Below are positions 1-11,600 of a stretch of 64,000 nucleotides of DNA, piece after piece. Made by a program: the position numbers and the translations under genes. Each line of letters opens with the position of its first letter. Position 1 is the stretch's first letter. Source of the DNA: Rhodosorus marinus CCMP1338 (Eukaryota > Plantae > Rhodophyta); NCBI GenBank assembly GCA_029953675.1, contig JAMWBK010000008.1, forward strand, positions 930,001-994,000, written 5' to 3'. Under the pieces are notes generated by a model. The model was not told where the DNA came from and ran no database searches. It saw only the letters and a list, made by a program, of their open reading frames with translations.

Positions 1-176
1 CATGTCTACATCATATATACAGCCCACGTGTTCTTTCCCAAAGTGAAAATGATCGTCGCCTCTTGCGAGTGACCTACAGTCATAAGCATAAAAAAAAGGG
101 TTACTCCGTAAAACTATCGTCATCCGTATATTCAGAGCCTAGCTACTCTGAGAAGCGAGAAACAAGACGCTGATGT

Positions 177-290
177 GTTTCCTATCGCCTTTGCCAAACT
201 GCTCGGTGAGGTCTCTCACCATTGGTATTTTGTTTTTTGGGTTTCCTATCACCTTTGCCACAACTGCTACTTCGGGTCTTTCACCATTGG
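177..290. repeat. Diverged two-copy direct repeat, ~50-bp unit with 64-bp period
   Basis: gtttcctatcgcctttgccaaactgct...tctcaccattgg (177-225) recurs as gtttcctatcacctttgccacaactgct...tttcaccattgg (241-290). Confidence 0.65.
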
Positions 291-1162
291 CAGCCAATGT
301 CCGTCTCCGATCAGGAAAACGTTTCTGAGCTTAACAATATCTCATGCAATCTAAAAATTCTGCATTTCCCTTGCCTTCTCCTCCCCCCCCCCTTTTAAGA
401 ATATTGCCAAGCCACGAAAACTGTATTTATCAATTGAATATATCATCTTTCCCAGAACGACAGACGACATGTTCCCCCCCTCCTTCAACCAAACATTTGG
501 GAGCTAAAACTCTATAAAATTTTAGAGCATGACCAAAATTTCTACAAAAAAGGACGGAATTGTTTAACCAAATTAAAAAAAATTAGTCGTCCGTTTCGAT
601 ATTTTTTATTCTTTTCAAAAAAAAAAGCGTTTCACATCAGTTCGGTACGATGGGAAAAGGCAGGATTACAACGTGTGGAGAGCAGGAAACCCTCCTGAAT
701 GAATTTCCATTAAAAATAATCAATTGATGTCAATTTTCTGTTAAAGGGGGGGGTGGCTCATTTTTGTTTGGATGCGTATGAGATATATTTCGTTTTGGAG
801 AGAATATTCGATGAGCTACGGAGGTTACTAGGAAAAGGAATGGATGAGTTTTTTGTTTTGAGATTATTTTAGAGATCTTATTATTGTGACCTGTCCTCTA
901 GTTATTCCTGTACCGCCCAGGGGTAAAGTTACGTATCCGGGGGAAATGGATGACTCCATTCGAGGTCTGCGTATAAAAAGAGAACTAGGTTTCTGGTTTA
1001 GGGTTTTGCGGTGTGGGGAAGGTTTTGGACGGGAGCTTTTTGGTGAGAGAGAAAGGGATGAATTAGAGAGAAGGTTTTGGGGAACAAGGAAGGAGGACGA
1101 GGTGTTAAGTGAGGAGGATTTTTTTTTAGTTTTGTTTTCCAGATGGCGACGACCTTGAGAAG

Positions 1163-2393
1163 ATGGGGTTTTCTAGTGTAGGATTCTGACTTGCTTTTGT
1201 TTTGCGTATTTTGGTTTTTGGGCAAGGACTGGGGTTGTAGGATAGGTAGGAGGTTGGAACTTTTTGTCTGCGGTTGAGAAGCTTTCTTTGTTGGAGGCTG
1301 TGTTCGACTGCAGCGCCCCTGGGTGCAGCTTTTCAAGTAGTCGAGCTCGCGGAGAGCAACTGACGTGCAAGTTGCGTTTGCTTCTGGCAAGGATGGAACA
1401 GCTAGGGTTCTGTGAGGTGGCTGGGTTCTGGATTACCAGGCGGAAAAATGGTAGCTGTAGCGTTAGAGCAGGCTTTCGTGAGCCTAAATGGAGACCACGG
1501 ATTGGAAGACAGATACTCCGCGCAACAATAGACATTGCTGATTTTGAGGTGCAGGAGAGTGATGAGGTTCCAACTGAGCGCTGTTTGTAAGTAGCTTTGA
1601 ATGTCGCTCGATGTCGGAATAGGCATCGCCGCCGGAATTGTATTCAATGTTGTCTTGACTAAAAATTGCCATCTGCTTTGTGTTCACAACAGGTACGACG
1701 TTCGTATGGCTGGGGGAGGATGTGATTTGTTCACCGCGGCGGATTTGAGAAGCAGATGCTTTCGGCAGAATGAGGAAGACAGCATCAGCTTTTTTCAGTA
1801 CAGAAAGGCGGTGCTAGAATGGATGTACAATAGCATGCAGAGGGACGACTCCTTCTGCTTCGTTGCTGCGGAGACTGGTGCCCCCCGAGAGAAAAGCGTT
1901 ATAGGCACATTGGACGCAACCCTGCACCAATCCTCAAACGTGAGTCCCGACGCATGGACGCATCTTCTTTAAGTTCTGGAGTTGTCTGACCTGTGAAATC
2001 TCCTATCGTCTGAAATTGACAGGGTGAATCGTTTCCAAGAGCAATCTATGTTTCCAGTATAGCAGTAAGGAAAGATCGACGACGAATGGGAGTGGCCTCG
2101 TCAATGCTGCAGAAGGTGGATCACCTCGCTCTGCAGCTGAACATAACAAGAGTATTCCTCCATGTGGAACCATGGAACACAGCTGCTGTGAAGCTCTATC
2201 GACGAATGGGCTACCAGAGGTAAACGACCCTTTCCCATGCGAGCGGGGGAGTTGGAGGGGAACGCTAACCGCTCTCTGTCCCAAAACCTCGCCAAACATC
2301 AGATTTCAGGGGGAAAGATGCAAGTGGCTACGGGACCTGACAAAAGCCGACACGATTCTGCTCGAGAAGAACTTAGCTTGGTCCCGAGAATAG
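1163..2393 (+). CDS. GNAT-family N-acetyltransferase, probably plastid-targeted, ~5 exons
   Basis: Exon 2023-2219 encodes IYVSSIAVRKDRRRMGVASSMLQKVD...VFLHVEPWNTAAVKLYRRMGY (GNAT acetyl-CoA motif R-x-x-G-x-A and N-x-x-A-x-x-L-Y-x-x-x-G-Y). It splices in frame to exon 1693-1939 (...VIGTLD...) and to a last exon 2303-2393. Start codon uncertain (1143 or 1163). Confidence 0.75.
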
Positions 2394-2911
2394 CATGGCT
2401 CTTCACACACAAAGGACGTGCTCAGGTTCAGGTGTACACTTTGCATCACAGAGAATTCGGCCTTTCTGGTTGTTTTTTTATCCTAGACTTTAGAGTCTTA
2501 ATCCATCTCGAGAGCACCAATATTTCAATGTATTATGAGAGTTAGTCGACCCCACCCAAGAAGATGTCCCGAGATCGCCAGGCCCCTTCCCGTCGAGCAC
2601 CACTGTCATTGCGGTCTCCCGTGCTTCGGCAGGCAATGATATGAACAGGAATCGTTCTATCTTTGACGGTACTACAAATAGTCAACAAAGGACTTCCGAG
2701 GAGAGCGTAATGCCAAATCTGCTGTTCGATTCGTGCTTCACCCCTTTCAAAATATTTTAGAACGGTATGAAGTGACGTACAGTTTCCGTTGCATCTTTTG
2801 ATACCCTTTCCAAGTTACAGTCGATTACAAAGTTGCTTTTGGACCACCGTCGAGCGTTGCGAACGGTTGGAATTTGACTGCCGGCGTTTCTGCAGAGAAG
2901 CGTGTGGAAGT

Positions 2912-4558
2912 TCAAGTCTCTAGTCCCATCTTTTCCTGCTTGTTTCTGTTCTGCTTTGCAAGAAGCTCAACCTCAATCAGCCTCGGATCTTGTAGTAGAT
3001 CGTCTTTCATTGCGAGGACTCGCTTGTAGTTCTGCATGCACCTATCCAACTGAGAGTTCAGAGCTGGAAGTCAAAGCCGAAGACATAGAGTTGCCTGTCC
3101 TTAGTGCGAGGAATTTAAGATGATGGAGCAGTAAGCCTTTCCGCCCTAAATACTCACTAGTCTTGGACATGGAACTTTCTGCATCTCGCTCGTAAAACGT
3201 AGCTATTCCAGTGCGCTGATCAATACTTGCGGATAGGTCCCTCTGAATCAGTCGCGAAGGCGCAACAAGGTGATCGGATTAGTGGGAAATGGTAAGGAGC
3301 CCTTCTATGTGTTTGGAGTCTGTTCTCTGCTTACTGAGTTGATCATCTCAAGCAGCATCTTCTCCGCTTCCTCTACGGATCTAAGCTTCAGTTTTGCTGC
3401 AATCTTCTCAATCGAGAGGGTGACGTACGTTTCTGCAAGCTTTTGAATTTGCCTATTCATGGCTGCCTTGATCGCCTGCAAGAAAGAGTTGAAAACCAAT
3501 CATCCATTAAGCCTCTCTTCGCGACCAATCGCCACAAGACTCGAGCTCTATATTGAGTCTTTGGCGAGGTGGTAGGAAAGGTTCTTTGAGCTCACCTTCT
3601 TGACAAGGCCGAAGTTTTTATCTGCAGAGAACAATGCCTGATTTTCCTCTGCAAATTTGAGCATAGCTGACTCGTCATTTGCATCGGCCAAGGACCCAAA
3701 CGTGCAATAGACGCTGCAAATTTGGGTCAAGCTGAGGCTGACCGAATGATTGACGAATGAAGGTTTCGGCGGTGATTTTCCGTGAAGAATTAAGTAAGTC
3801 AGAACGAACTTCTTGTACGCGTCGATGGACACGTCGGTAACCGCATAAGCAGGCACAGCAAAAAGCAGCTTAAAGCTTTCAACTGCCGCGGAGAGATCAG
3901 CGCGAGCAATCTCCACGAGTGATCGATAGTAGTAGAAGAGCTGAACATCCGAAGCAGCCAAGCCGTAGGGATTGGAACTATCCAATGTTTTCGGGGTTGT
4001 CAGTGATGCCGCTACATGGTACATCTTCGCGTTCACGCAGACTGTGTCGTTTAGATAGGAGCATGTTAAGAGTTGAAATTGCCCCAAGTTTCCAAACAAG
4101 GGCTCAGTGAGGCAGCAAAGCTTACCTGCCAGAAAGTCCGCGTGCATCGGTGTCATGTGATCTGGAGATGGTGATGCCAGTAGCAAGGCTCTCCTGGCAG
4201 CCCATACTACGGAGCTCGAATCGCCTCTTTCATAGACTATCCTCGACACGTGCCGGGTCAACCTCGAAAACGCAAAAGGAGCTGAGTCCAACGAATCCTT
4301 GGTTGCATCAGCGACCAACTCCTGGTACGCAGCTATAACGGAAGTTCCATCAACCTCCCGGGGATCCACAATCAGCGCTTTTGCGGCCAGCACAGTACAA
4401 TATTTAGGAAAATCCGAGGTCGACAGTCGAGCCAATTCAAAATCTAAAATCGACACAGGCATACCTTCCAAAGCTGTCAGTACTGATCTTTCCACGTTCC
4501 GGGTTACCCTGGACGAATCCAGAGCCCCCAGTATCGATCCTACATCACGATCACCCAT
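2912..4558 (-). CDS. CSN3: COP9 signalosome subunit 3 (PCI domain), multi-exon
   Basis: ORF 3548-4645 has LTPMH-like HMTPMHADF, FYYYRSLV, AVTDVSIDAYKKFVL and NFGLVKK, which splices to AIKAAMNRQIQKLAETYVTLS (3305-3499, PCI). Last exon ends ...KMGLET* near 2912. Start placed at MGDRD (4558), uncertain. Confidence 0.8.
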
Positions 4559-6147
4559 ACTTTCAACTAATCTAGTCTCACATAGAAGCTCTTCAACGCG
4601 GCTCTGGACGTTCTCAAAAACCAAGCAAGGCCCTCCTCTCCTCAAATACTCAACAGTTCTCCATGGATAAGCTATGCTATATATCTACATCATCCCTGCC
4701 AACTGCCCGGTGGAGTATTGGTAACATCCAGACATGAAGTTATAGCGCTAGTTTTCATGAAGGGTCTTGAGTTCAGTCGAGGAAGGTGCCGTTCCTACAT
4801 CGAAAGATTGTTCAAGCCGTGCTAAATGGTCCCTAGATGACCCGTTGCGATAGAAGGATGTGGTGGTTAAGCTCTTGTCTGCGTTTTCCTAGTGATCTGC
4901 CTTTTTGAGTGTAGACGGCCGTCGACTTTCCCCATGTACAAAGCGCACAGGTGTTGTGAGGATCTGTTCAGACGCTTTGTTGGTCCTCACCAAACCCTGG
5001 CATTCCGGCGAAACAGAATGGAGGTAGACACGCCTCTACTTGTTCCCAAGATGTAACTTTCGTTTAATAAGCATTGCGCCAATTATTCCATTCTGCAGAG
5101 AAAGAAACCTTGTTGTAAAGTGAGACACTTGATACATGCGGAGAGTTGATTGAGGAACATCTCGAAGACCTGGAAGAATAGCGTTTTCCTGGGCTTCCGA
5201 AGACCGATATACTGCTTGTCACTGGAAATCATTAGGCTGTTCGTATAGCTTCTATTCTTTCCGACTAGTCTTCAAGGCTTCAATACTGAACTCTAATGAG
5301 CTAGCAGTACACGAGACCGTACTTGATCGTAACGCCACACGATGCACAGTCCCGTTCAATACAAGGTCCATGTCCACCATTCCTTGGTGGGGGACAATTC
5401 CAGGATCTTCGGGGTGAACTGAAGTCGTTGAAAAAAGCCCAGGCCGGTAGAGAAGCACGGGTCACATCTCTGAGCCGTGAAGCAGTCGAATAGCATCCAG
5501 AAGAAGTCTTCGCTCGCGAGAATAGAGCGGTTGCGTTTGGGTGCACCGTAAAAGTTGGACACAGTAGATCTAGACGCTCCTGACGTATCGGCAGGGAGCG
5601 CTCAACAGCGGATGAGACTGGGACAGACGCTGCTACTTAAAGAGCCGAGTGGCCGAATACATCGGAGGAATTCGGAGGTCGTCTAGCGTGAAGAAGATTT
5701 TAGCCTTTACTTGAGAGCTTCTACTGCGTTCGCCGTTGGTTGTATCTGAAGCGTACTGGTTGGATCAACACTATCTACAACATGAGACAAGGAGTAAACA
5801 CAACTCGGATTGATTTCAGTTGAACTCTGGACCGGCTTTGTGTATCGACGTTTCGTCGATGCACAACGTGTGAGGATCAGAAATCAGCCTTTCATTAACC
5901 TCTTGTCTCGAACGGACAATTCAGGATTCAACAAGACAGAACGGGAACGCATTCCCAGTTCTACAAGAGTGACAATAGTGGAAACGTCATTGAGAGCAAT
6001 CAACTGGCCAGTCATATTGAATCCAATAGCACTTTTCAGTCTATATAGGGTCGGTTTGGGGCGCGTGCCCCGCTTGGAGATTGGTGCTGATATCCAGGGG
6101 TTTAAGGCTCCCTCAGGCCCCAGGGAAGCCATATTGGCAATTCAAAC

Positions 6148-6392
6148 CAATTAGAAGACAGAGTTGTTTGGCTTGTGATATCCGAGGTATACAGCTTTGC
6201 CTTAGTGAGTTCCCTCAGTCGTTGTACTTGTTCAATTAGAAGACAGAGTTGTTTGGCTTGTGATATCCGAGGTATACAGCTTTGCCTTAGTGAGTTCCCT
6301 CAGTCGGTGTCTTGTTCAATTAGAAGACAGAGTTGTTTGGCTTGTGATATCCGAGGTATACAGCTTTGCCTTAGTGAGTTCCCTCAGTCGTT
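6148..6392. repeat. Tandem triplication of an 84-85-bp unit
   Basis: caattagaagacagagttgtttggcttgtgatatccgaggtatacagctttgccttagtgagttccctcagtcg occurs three times (ttaga starts 6151, 6236, 6320), nearly identical. Confidence 0.92.
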
Positions 6393-7694
6393 GAGGGTTA
6401 CACTGTCCTCGGCGGTTCGGATCCGTGGATATTAAGCGACATTCCAGCAGACTGGTACGCGCTGTAAATGCTCTGTCCGGACGAGGGTAGTAGTGCCTTT
6501 GATGGTCTCTCATCATGAGTCAATCCTTCTGGTGGCTGCCGGATTGGATCCTCTGATACTGGACTACACAAACGCTCTCGATCCAGATCTTCAGGACCAC
6601 GCATTTACGTCTGAGATTGTTATTGGGGTAGATTCCGCTGTAACGTAATTCGTTTATGATCAGGGTCCAGGATCTTCCAGTGTCAGTTCGTTGAATGACT
6701 CATAAAAGTAATCCCTGTCAAGGAGATCTAATTCAAGAATTGTTTGAAGTGCTTCTACAGAAGACTAGCCCTTCCAGATTCAGGCATTTTTTCTATATAT
6801 ATTTTTTGTACTAGTTGAGGTCCTACGTTTTTGATCGAATGATGTAGAAATCCCCTGACTTACTTCAAGTCAAACTATTAAACCTCCTCACGTGAAGATT
6901 TAGAGATTAAGCTTTGTTAAACCTTACAACGGCGTATCGTTGAACATTCGAATCGATCCCTTCGGAAAGGAAGGTCTCGTCCACGATCAGCGTTTTGTTG
7001 ATTCCTCTAGATGAAACTCCTCCTCGCGCTGATGACGTTATGCTCAAACGTCAAGCATTGGTTTCCACTCTGAACTCTCTCAAGTCCCAAGAATTGATAA
7101 TTTTAATCCCGTAAAGTCCCTTTTATCTGTTTTCTTCTTCCTTACTATTCTGCTACTATTCCATGCTCGAACTTCGCTCATGTCTTCTCTCGGCCCATCC
7201 GATCACCATGATTTTCATAGACTGAATAGCTCATAAAAATAAATTATTCAAATTTGTTTCAAGTACATTGACTGATTATTTGATTGAACTAAACAAATGT
7301 GAAACTACGATAATCAATTTTTAGGCGTATTTCGATTGAAAATTTCATTGTCTCAGTCTCTATAGAAGTAAAAAGCAGTCAATGCGACAGCTCTTGATTG
7401 AACTGTGAGGAATACCTTTTACCTAAGGATTGAACTGCGTGCTTGCAAAACGCGGTGATTTGATCGGGCTTTTATTTCAAACCCAAGTTATAACAAGTAC
7501 GACCTAAGTGTCTCTAAGACTCAATGGAATCCTTCAGGAAATATCTGATGAAACTTCGCGTTCCAAAATCGCCGGAGAAAGAGGGTTCGACAAGACGAAC
7601 TATTCCGCTTTTCGTGAAACGCCTTATCGCTAACTGCTCTATGCGAGTCGATGCCCAGAATCCCAATACCTTGAGCTTGATTTTTTGAACTTCT

Positions 7695-7794
7695 ATATTG
7701 ACTGAGACATTGATATTCTTAGTCGAAATGCAACAAGAAATTGAATATTGTAGTTTCCTGAACTGTTCAGTTCAATCAAATACTCAGTCAATAT
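7695..7794. promoter_or_regulatory. Inverted pair of a CTCAGTCAATAT 12-mer upstream of BiP1
   Basis: atattgactgag at 7695-7706 and ctcagtcaatat at 7783-7794; the same 12-mer occurs twice upstream of BiP2. Confidence 0.4.
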
Positions 7795-7875
7795 CCCTGC
7801 GACAAAATTGAATAATTTATTTTCATGACCTATTCAGTCTATGAATAAAGTCGGACAGCACTTTGCCATGACTCC

Positions 7876-7917
7876 GTCACTAGTGACTCGTTAAACAAGT
7901 GGTTGCGTCTATATAAA
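7876..7917 (+). promoter_or_regulatory. Putative BiP1 core promoter: 12-bp palindrome plus TATA box
   Basis: Perfect palindrome gtcactagtgac (7876-7887) and tatataaa (7910-7917), ~200 bp before the ATG at 8118. Confidence 0.4.
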
Positions 7918-8117
7918 TCGTTTAAGCTCCCGATGAAGTTAGAGTTGCTTGAAGAACTACAAACCAGAACAACCACAAACTAAGAAGATGTTCTGTTAGG
8001 ATCTAGGCGCTTTGTTAGTTCTAGTTACGTTCTTCGAATCACTTGTGTCTGAGGAGAGAAACTGAGAGCTGTCTTCCACCAGCGATTCTATAGTGTGCCA
8101 TTTATAGTCTCACCGCA

Positions 8118-10187
8118 ATGGCTGGAAAGGTTTCGAGCGTCTTGCTTGTGCAAGCTGTTGTGCTCCTTGCGACTACGTGCGCCCATGCCCAGCTAGACTC
8201 GAACGATGCAGGTATTGCGATAGGTATCGACTTGGGAACTACCTATTCATGCGTCGGGGTTATGCAGAATGGAAAGATTGAAATCATCCCTAACGAACAG
8301 GGGAATAGAATTACTCCGAGCTACGTCGCCTTCACTGCCGAGGAGCGATTGATCGGAGACTCTGCGAAGAATCAGCTGGCGATGAACCCGACGAACACTG
8401 TCTTCGATGTCAAACGATTGATCGGTCGTCAATTTTCGGAGTCGACTGTTCAGAAAGACATGAAGCTGCTTCCCTACAAGATTGTCGAGAATAACACGAA
8501 GCCTTACGTATCTGTGAATGTGAAGGGAGAGGACAAAACATTCTCTCCTGAGGAGATCTCGGCTATGGTGTTGGGAAAGATGAAGAAGACCGCCGAAGAA
8601 TACCTGGGAAAGAAGGTCAAATCGGCAGTTATTACTGTTCCAGCGTACTTCAATAATGCTCAGCGTCAGGCCACGAAGGATGCGGGCACTATTGCTGGAC
8701 TGAACGTTCTCCGAATCATCAACGAGCCGACAGCAGCCTCCATTGCTTACGGACTTGACAGGAACGCAGACGAGAGAAACGTGCTCGTATTCGACCTTGG
8801 AGGGGGGACTTTTGATGTTACCCTTTTGGAACTCGATGACGGAGTGTTCGAGGTACTGGCCACGAACGGCGATACTCATCTTGGAGGAGAGGACTTCGAT
8901 CACCGAGTGATGGATTACATGATCAAGATGTTCAAGAAGAAGAACAGCTTGGACCCTGGACAGGACAAGCGGGCGATCGCGAAACTTCGTGCTGAAGTTG
9001 AAAAGGCAAAGAGAGCTCTGTCATCGCAGAATCAAGTGAGGATTGAGATCGAGTCGTTCTATCAAGGAACTGACATGTCGGAGACCCTGACTCGAGCACG
9101 CTTCGAGGAACTGAACATGGATCTGTTCCGCAAGACTATGAAGCCAGTTGAGAACGTGCTAAAGGATGGAGGACTTTCGAAAGGAGAGGTACACGAAATC
9201 GTACTTGTAGGAGGGTCCACCCGCATCCCGAAGATTCAAGAGCTTGTCAAAAGCTACTTTGGGAAAGTCCCTAGTAAGGGTATCAACCCGGACGAAGCTG
9301 TGGCTTTTGGTGCAGCCTTCCAAGCAGGAGTGCTGTCGGGAGCCGCAAACGAAAAGACGCCGGATATCCTTGTTATCGATTCTACGCCGCTGTCGCTCGG
9401 TATAGAAACAGTCGGAGGGATAATGACAAAGATCCTTACTCGGAATACCAGGACACCTGCGAAGAAGACCCAGACTTTCACTACCCACTCTGACAACCAG
9501 GACATGGTTTCCATTCAGGTACGGTTCAGGGCAGATTCTTGCTACGTCAAAGTCCCAAAAGTGCTTAGGATCATTCGTTCTCTGTCGAATTTTCAGGTAT
9601 TTGAAGGAGAGCGGGTGATGACAAAGGATTGCAACCTCTTAGACAACTTCGACCTCACTGGTATCCCCCCAGCACCTCGTGGAACACCACAGATCGACGT
9701 CACTTTCGAGGTAGACGTCGACGGAATTCTAAGCGTGTCAGCTGAGGAAAAGGGAACCAAGAAGAAGCGTTCGATCACTATCGAGACTTCAAGAAAGCGA
9801 TTCACTGAAGAACAGATTGAGCAAATGGTCAAGGAGGCGGAAGAGTTTGCCGACGAGGACGACAAGTTGAAAAAGAAGATTGAGTCAAAGAATAACCTGG
9901 AGAACTACCTCTTCTCAATGAAATCCCAAGTAGAGGACGAGGACAAACTGAAGAACAAACTTGAGGAGGAGGACATCGAGTCTATCCAGGAAGCTGTGAA
10001 GGACGCTCTGGACTGGATGGAAGACCTTGGCGACGACATGGACACTGAGGACTTTGAAAACAAGTTGAAGGATGTGCAAGACGTGTGCAACCCGATCATC
10101 GCGAAGGTGTACGGTGAGCAAGGTGGAGCCCCAGGGGGAGAGTACGGGCAGGAAGACGACCTCGGGGATGATCATGATGATCTTTAA
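8118..10187 (+). CDS. BIP: ER luminal Hsp70 (BiP/GRP78) paralog 1, divergent substrate-binding domain; one intron 9519-9596
   Basis: Signal peptide, [29 protein letters not shown], acidic tail ending HDDL*. The 26-aa insertion in the ORF track is a 78-nt GT..AG intron at the same position as the BiP2 intron. Confidence 0.95.
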   Translation: MAGKVSSVLLVQAVVLLATTCAHAQLDSNDAGIAIGIDLGTTYSCVGVMQNGKIEIIPNEQGNRITPSYVAFTAEERLIGDSAKNQLAMNPTNTVFDVKRLIGRQFSESTVQKDMKLLPYKIVENNTKPYVSVNVKGEDKTFSPEEISAMVLGKMKKTAEEYLGKKVKSAVITVPAYFNNAQRQATKDAGTIAGLNVLRIINEPTAASIAYGLDRNADERNVLVFDLGGGTFDVTLLELDDGVFEVLATNGDTHLGGEDFDHRVMDYMIKMFKKKNSLDPGQDKRAIAKLRAEVEKAKRALSSQNQVRIEIESFYQGTDMSETLTRARFEELNMDLFRKTMKPVENVLKDGGLSKGEVHEIVLVGGSTRIPKIQELVKSYFGKVPSKGINPDEAVAFGAAFQAGVLSGAANEKTPDILVIDSTPLSLGIETVGGIMTKILTRNTRTPAKKTQTFTTHSDNQDMVSIQVRFRADSCYVKVPKVLRIIRSLSNFQVFEGERVMTKDCNLLDNFDLTGIPPAPRGTPQIDVTFEVDVDGILSVSAEEKGTKKKRSITIETSRKRFTEEQIEQMVKEAEEFADEDDKLKKKIESKNNLENYLFSMKSQVEDEDKLKNKLEEEDIESIQEAVKDALDWMEDLGDDMDTEDFENKLKDVQDVCNPIIAKVYGEQGGAPGGEYGQEDDLGDDHDDL

Positions 10188-11129
10188 GTGCTGAGGGGTC
10201 AATATACTTGAAATATGAACCAGCCCCCGACCTCCGTGCACTGTCTTTTGTATACACTCTGAAAACTGTCCGCCCACATCTTCCCTTATCAAAGGATAAA
10301 TTAAGACCTGACCCTATGCGATGCCCCAACCACCAGTTGGAAAGACTCCGGACGACTACCAACCTGCAGTTACGGCCTTTAGATCACCGTACAACCCTCA
10401 AGGATGTCCACAGAAATGGATGAACGAGCTCAAGACGGTGGCACCGCCTCTCATCACACAGTCACAACACCCTTTTCACATGCCTAAAATAACATCGCAG
10501 TTGACAACGAATCTATTTCGATGCGCTTGATCAGAACTGGCCTTAGATTGACGACCATTCCACATCAGATATTGTCTTACAATGAACAACATCTCACAAT
10601 CCCAAGCCCAAAAAAAGAATTAAAAAATACCCCACCTAGAGCTTCGCATCTGAACCTGGAGAAGCAGTAATTATTTATATCCATTTGAAAAGACGGTCTC
10701 AACGAAACTAAATGCTTAGGGGGACACAAATTTGTAGTGTCAGCCATCGCTACATACTTTTCTCTTGTGGAAGGGGGGGTGTGGGTGTGCTCCTGAATTG
10801 GATAAGAGAATCGTTAACCTCATATTGCAAAGATTGGCACCCCCTTTCAAGTATTCGTAGGCCAACAATACGGTCAATTTTAAAATGCTAAACTGACTCC
10901 ATTGTCTTTTAGAGAAAATACCTACCCCCCCTCGGTGTTCTTATTGTTGACCCCCGGAGCCAACGGAAACCGCGGAATATCCATCCGTACGGCCAAGCTT
11001 TATTTTCAAAAGTAAGATACTCCCTCATATTCTACATTAATTTCGGAGGATTGCCGTAGATCAATTACCATTGGTTGGGCTCGACCGCATTCAAGCCAAT
11101 CAATGCAAGGGGCTAAGGATCGGCAACAT

Positions 11130-11212
11130 CTCAGTCAATATTTCAGTCATTCTGTTGTCGTCAATCTCTTAGAGCTCTCTTTATTTTTCCTCTATATTAT
11201 CTCAGTCAATAT
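11130..11212 (+). promoter_or_regulatory. Direct pair of a CTCAGTCAATAT 12-mer upstream of BiP2
   Basis: ctcagtcaatat at 11130-11141 and 11201-11212. Confidence 0.4.
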
Positions 11213-11600
11213 ATTAGTCTATATCTGAAGAAGTCAGTGTTTATTTGACGGACTTGGATTGATAAGAATCAATTTGGAGCATTGGCTACGGGAATCGAGA
11301 CCAGCGACCTGGGCTTTTCGCTTCACTGGGGAAACGACTTTGTACCGAGCTCGAGGCTCGTTTTCCTTTAAGTATAGGGCTGACCGACTGACCGGCGGCA
11401 AGAGGGCGTGGGAGGAAGGGAGGCATCACAGTTATTAGTAACTGAGACAAAAACCTTTATTTTTACTTGTCGATCGACTGAGTGTACAGTATTCTTTCTA
11501 CTGTTTGTGAGTATCTGGCTCATCTTTTTGGGGGGGAGCGTGATCGTGCTCTGACGAAACGAACTTGGAACGTGCTGTCCTTCTACAGCGCATTGATAAG

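Noticed and set aside
6148-6392. CRISPR array
   Set aside because: Whole units repeat head-to-tail with no unique spacers, the context is eukaryotic and no cas genes are present.
7025-7065. Hammerhead ribozyme at ctgatga-cgtt...aacg
   Set aside because: The required GAAA after stem II is absent.
9519-9596. Novel 26-aa insertion in BiP1 as shown in the ORF track
   Set aside because: It is an intron at the same position as in BiP2; kept only as a possible retention event.
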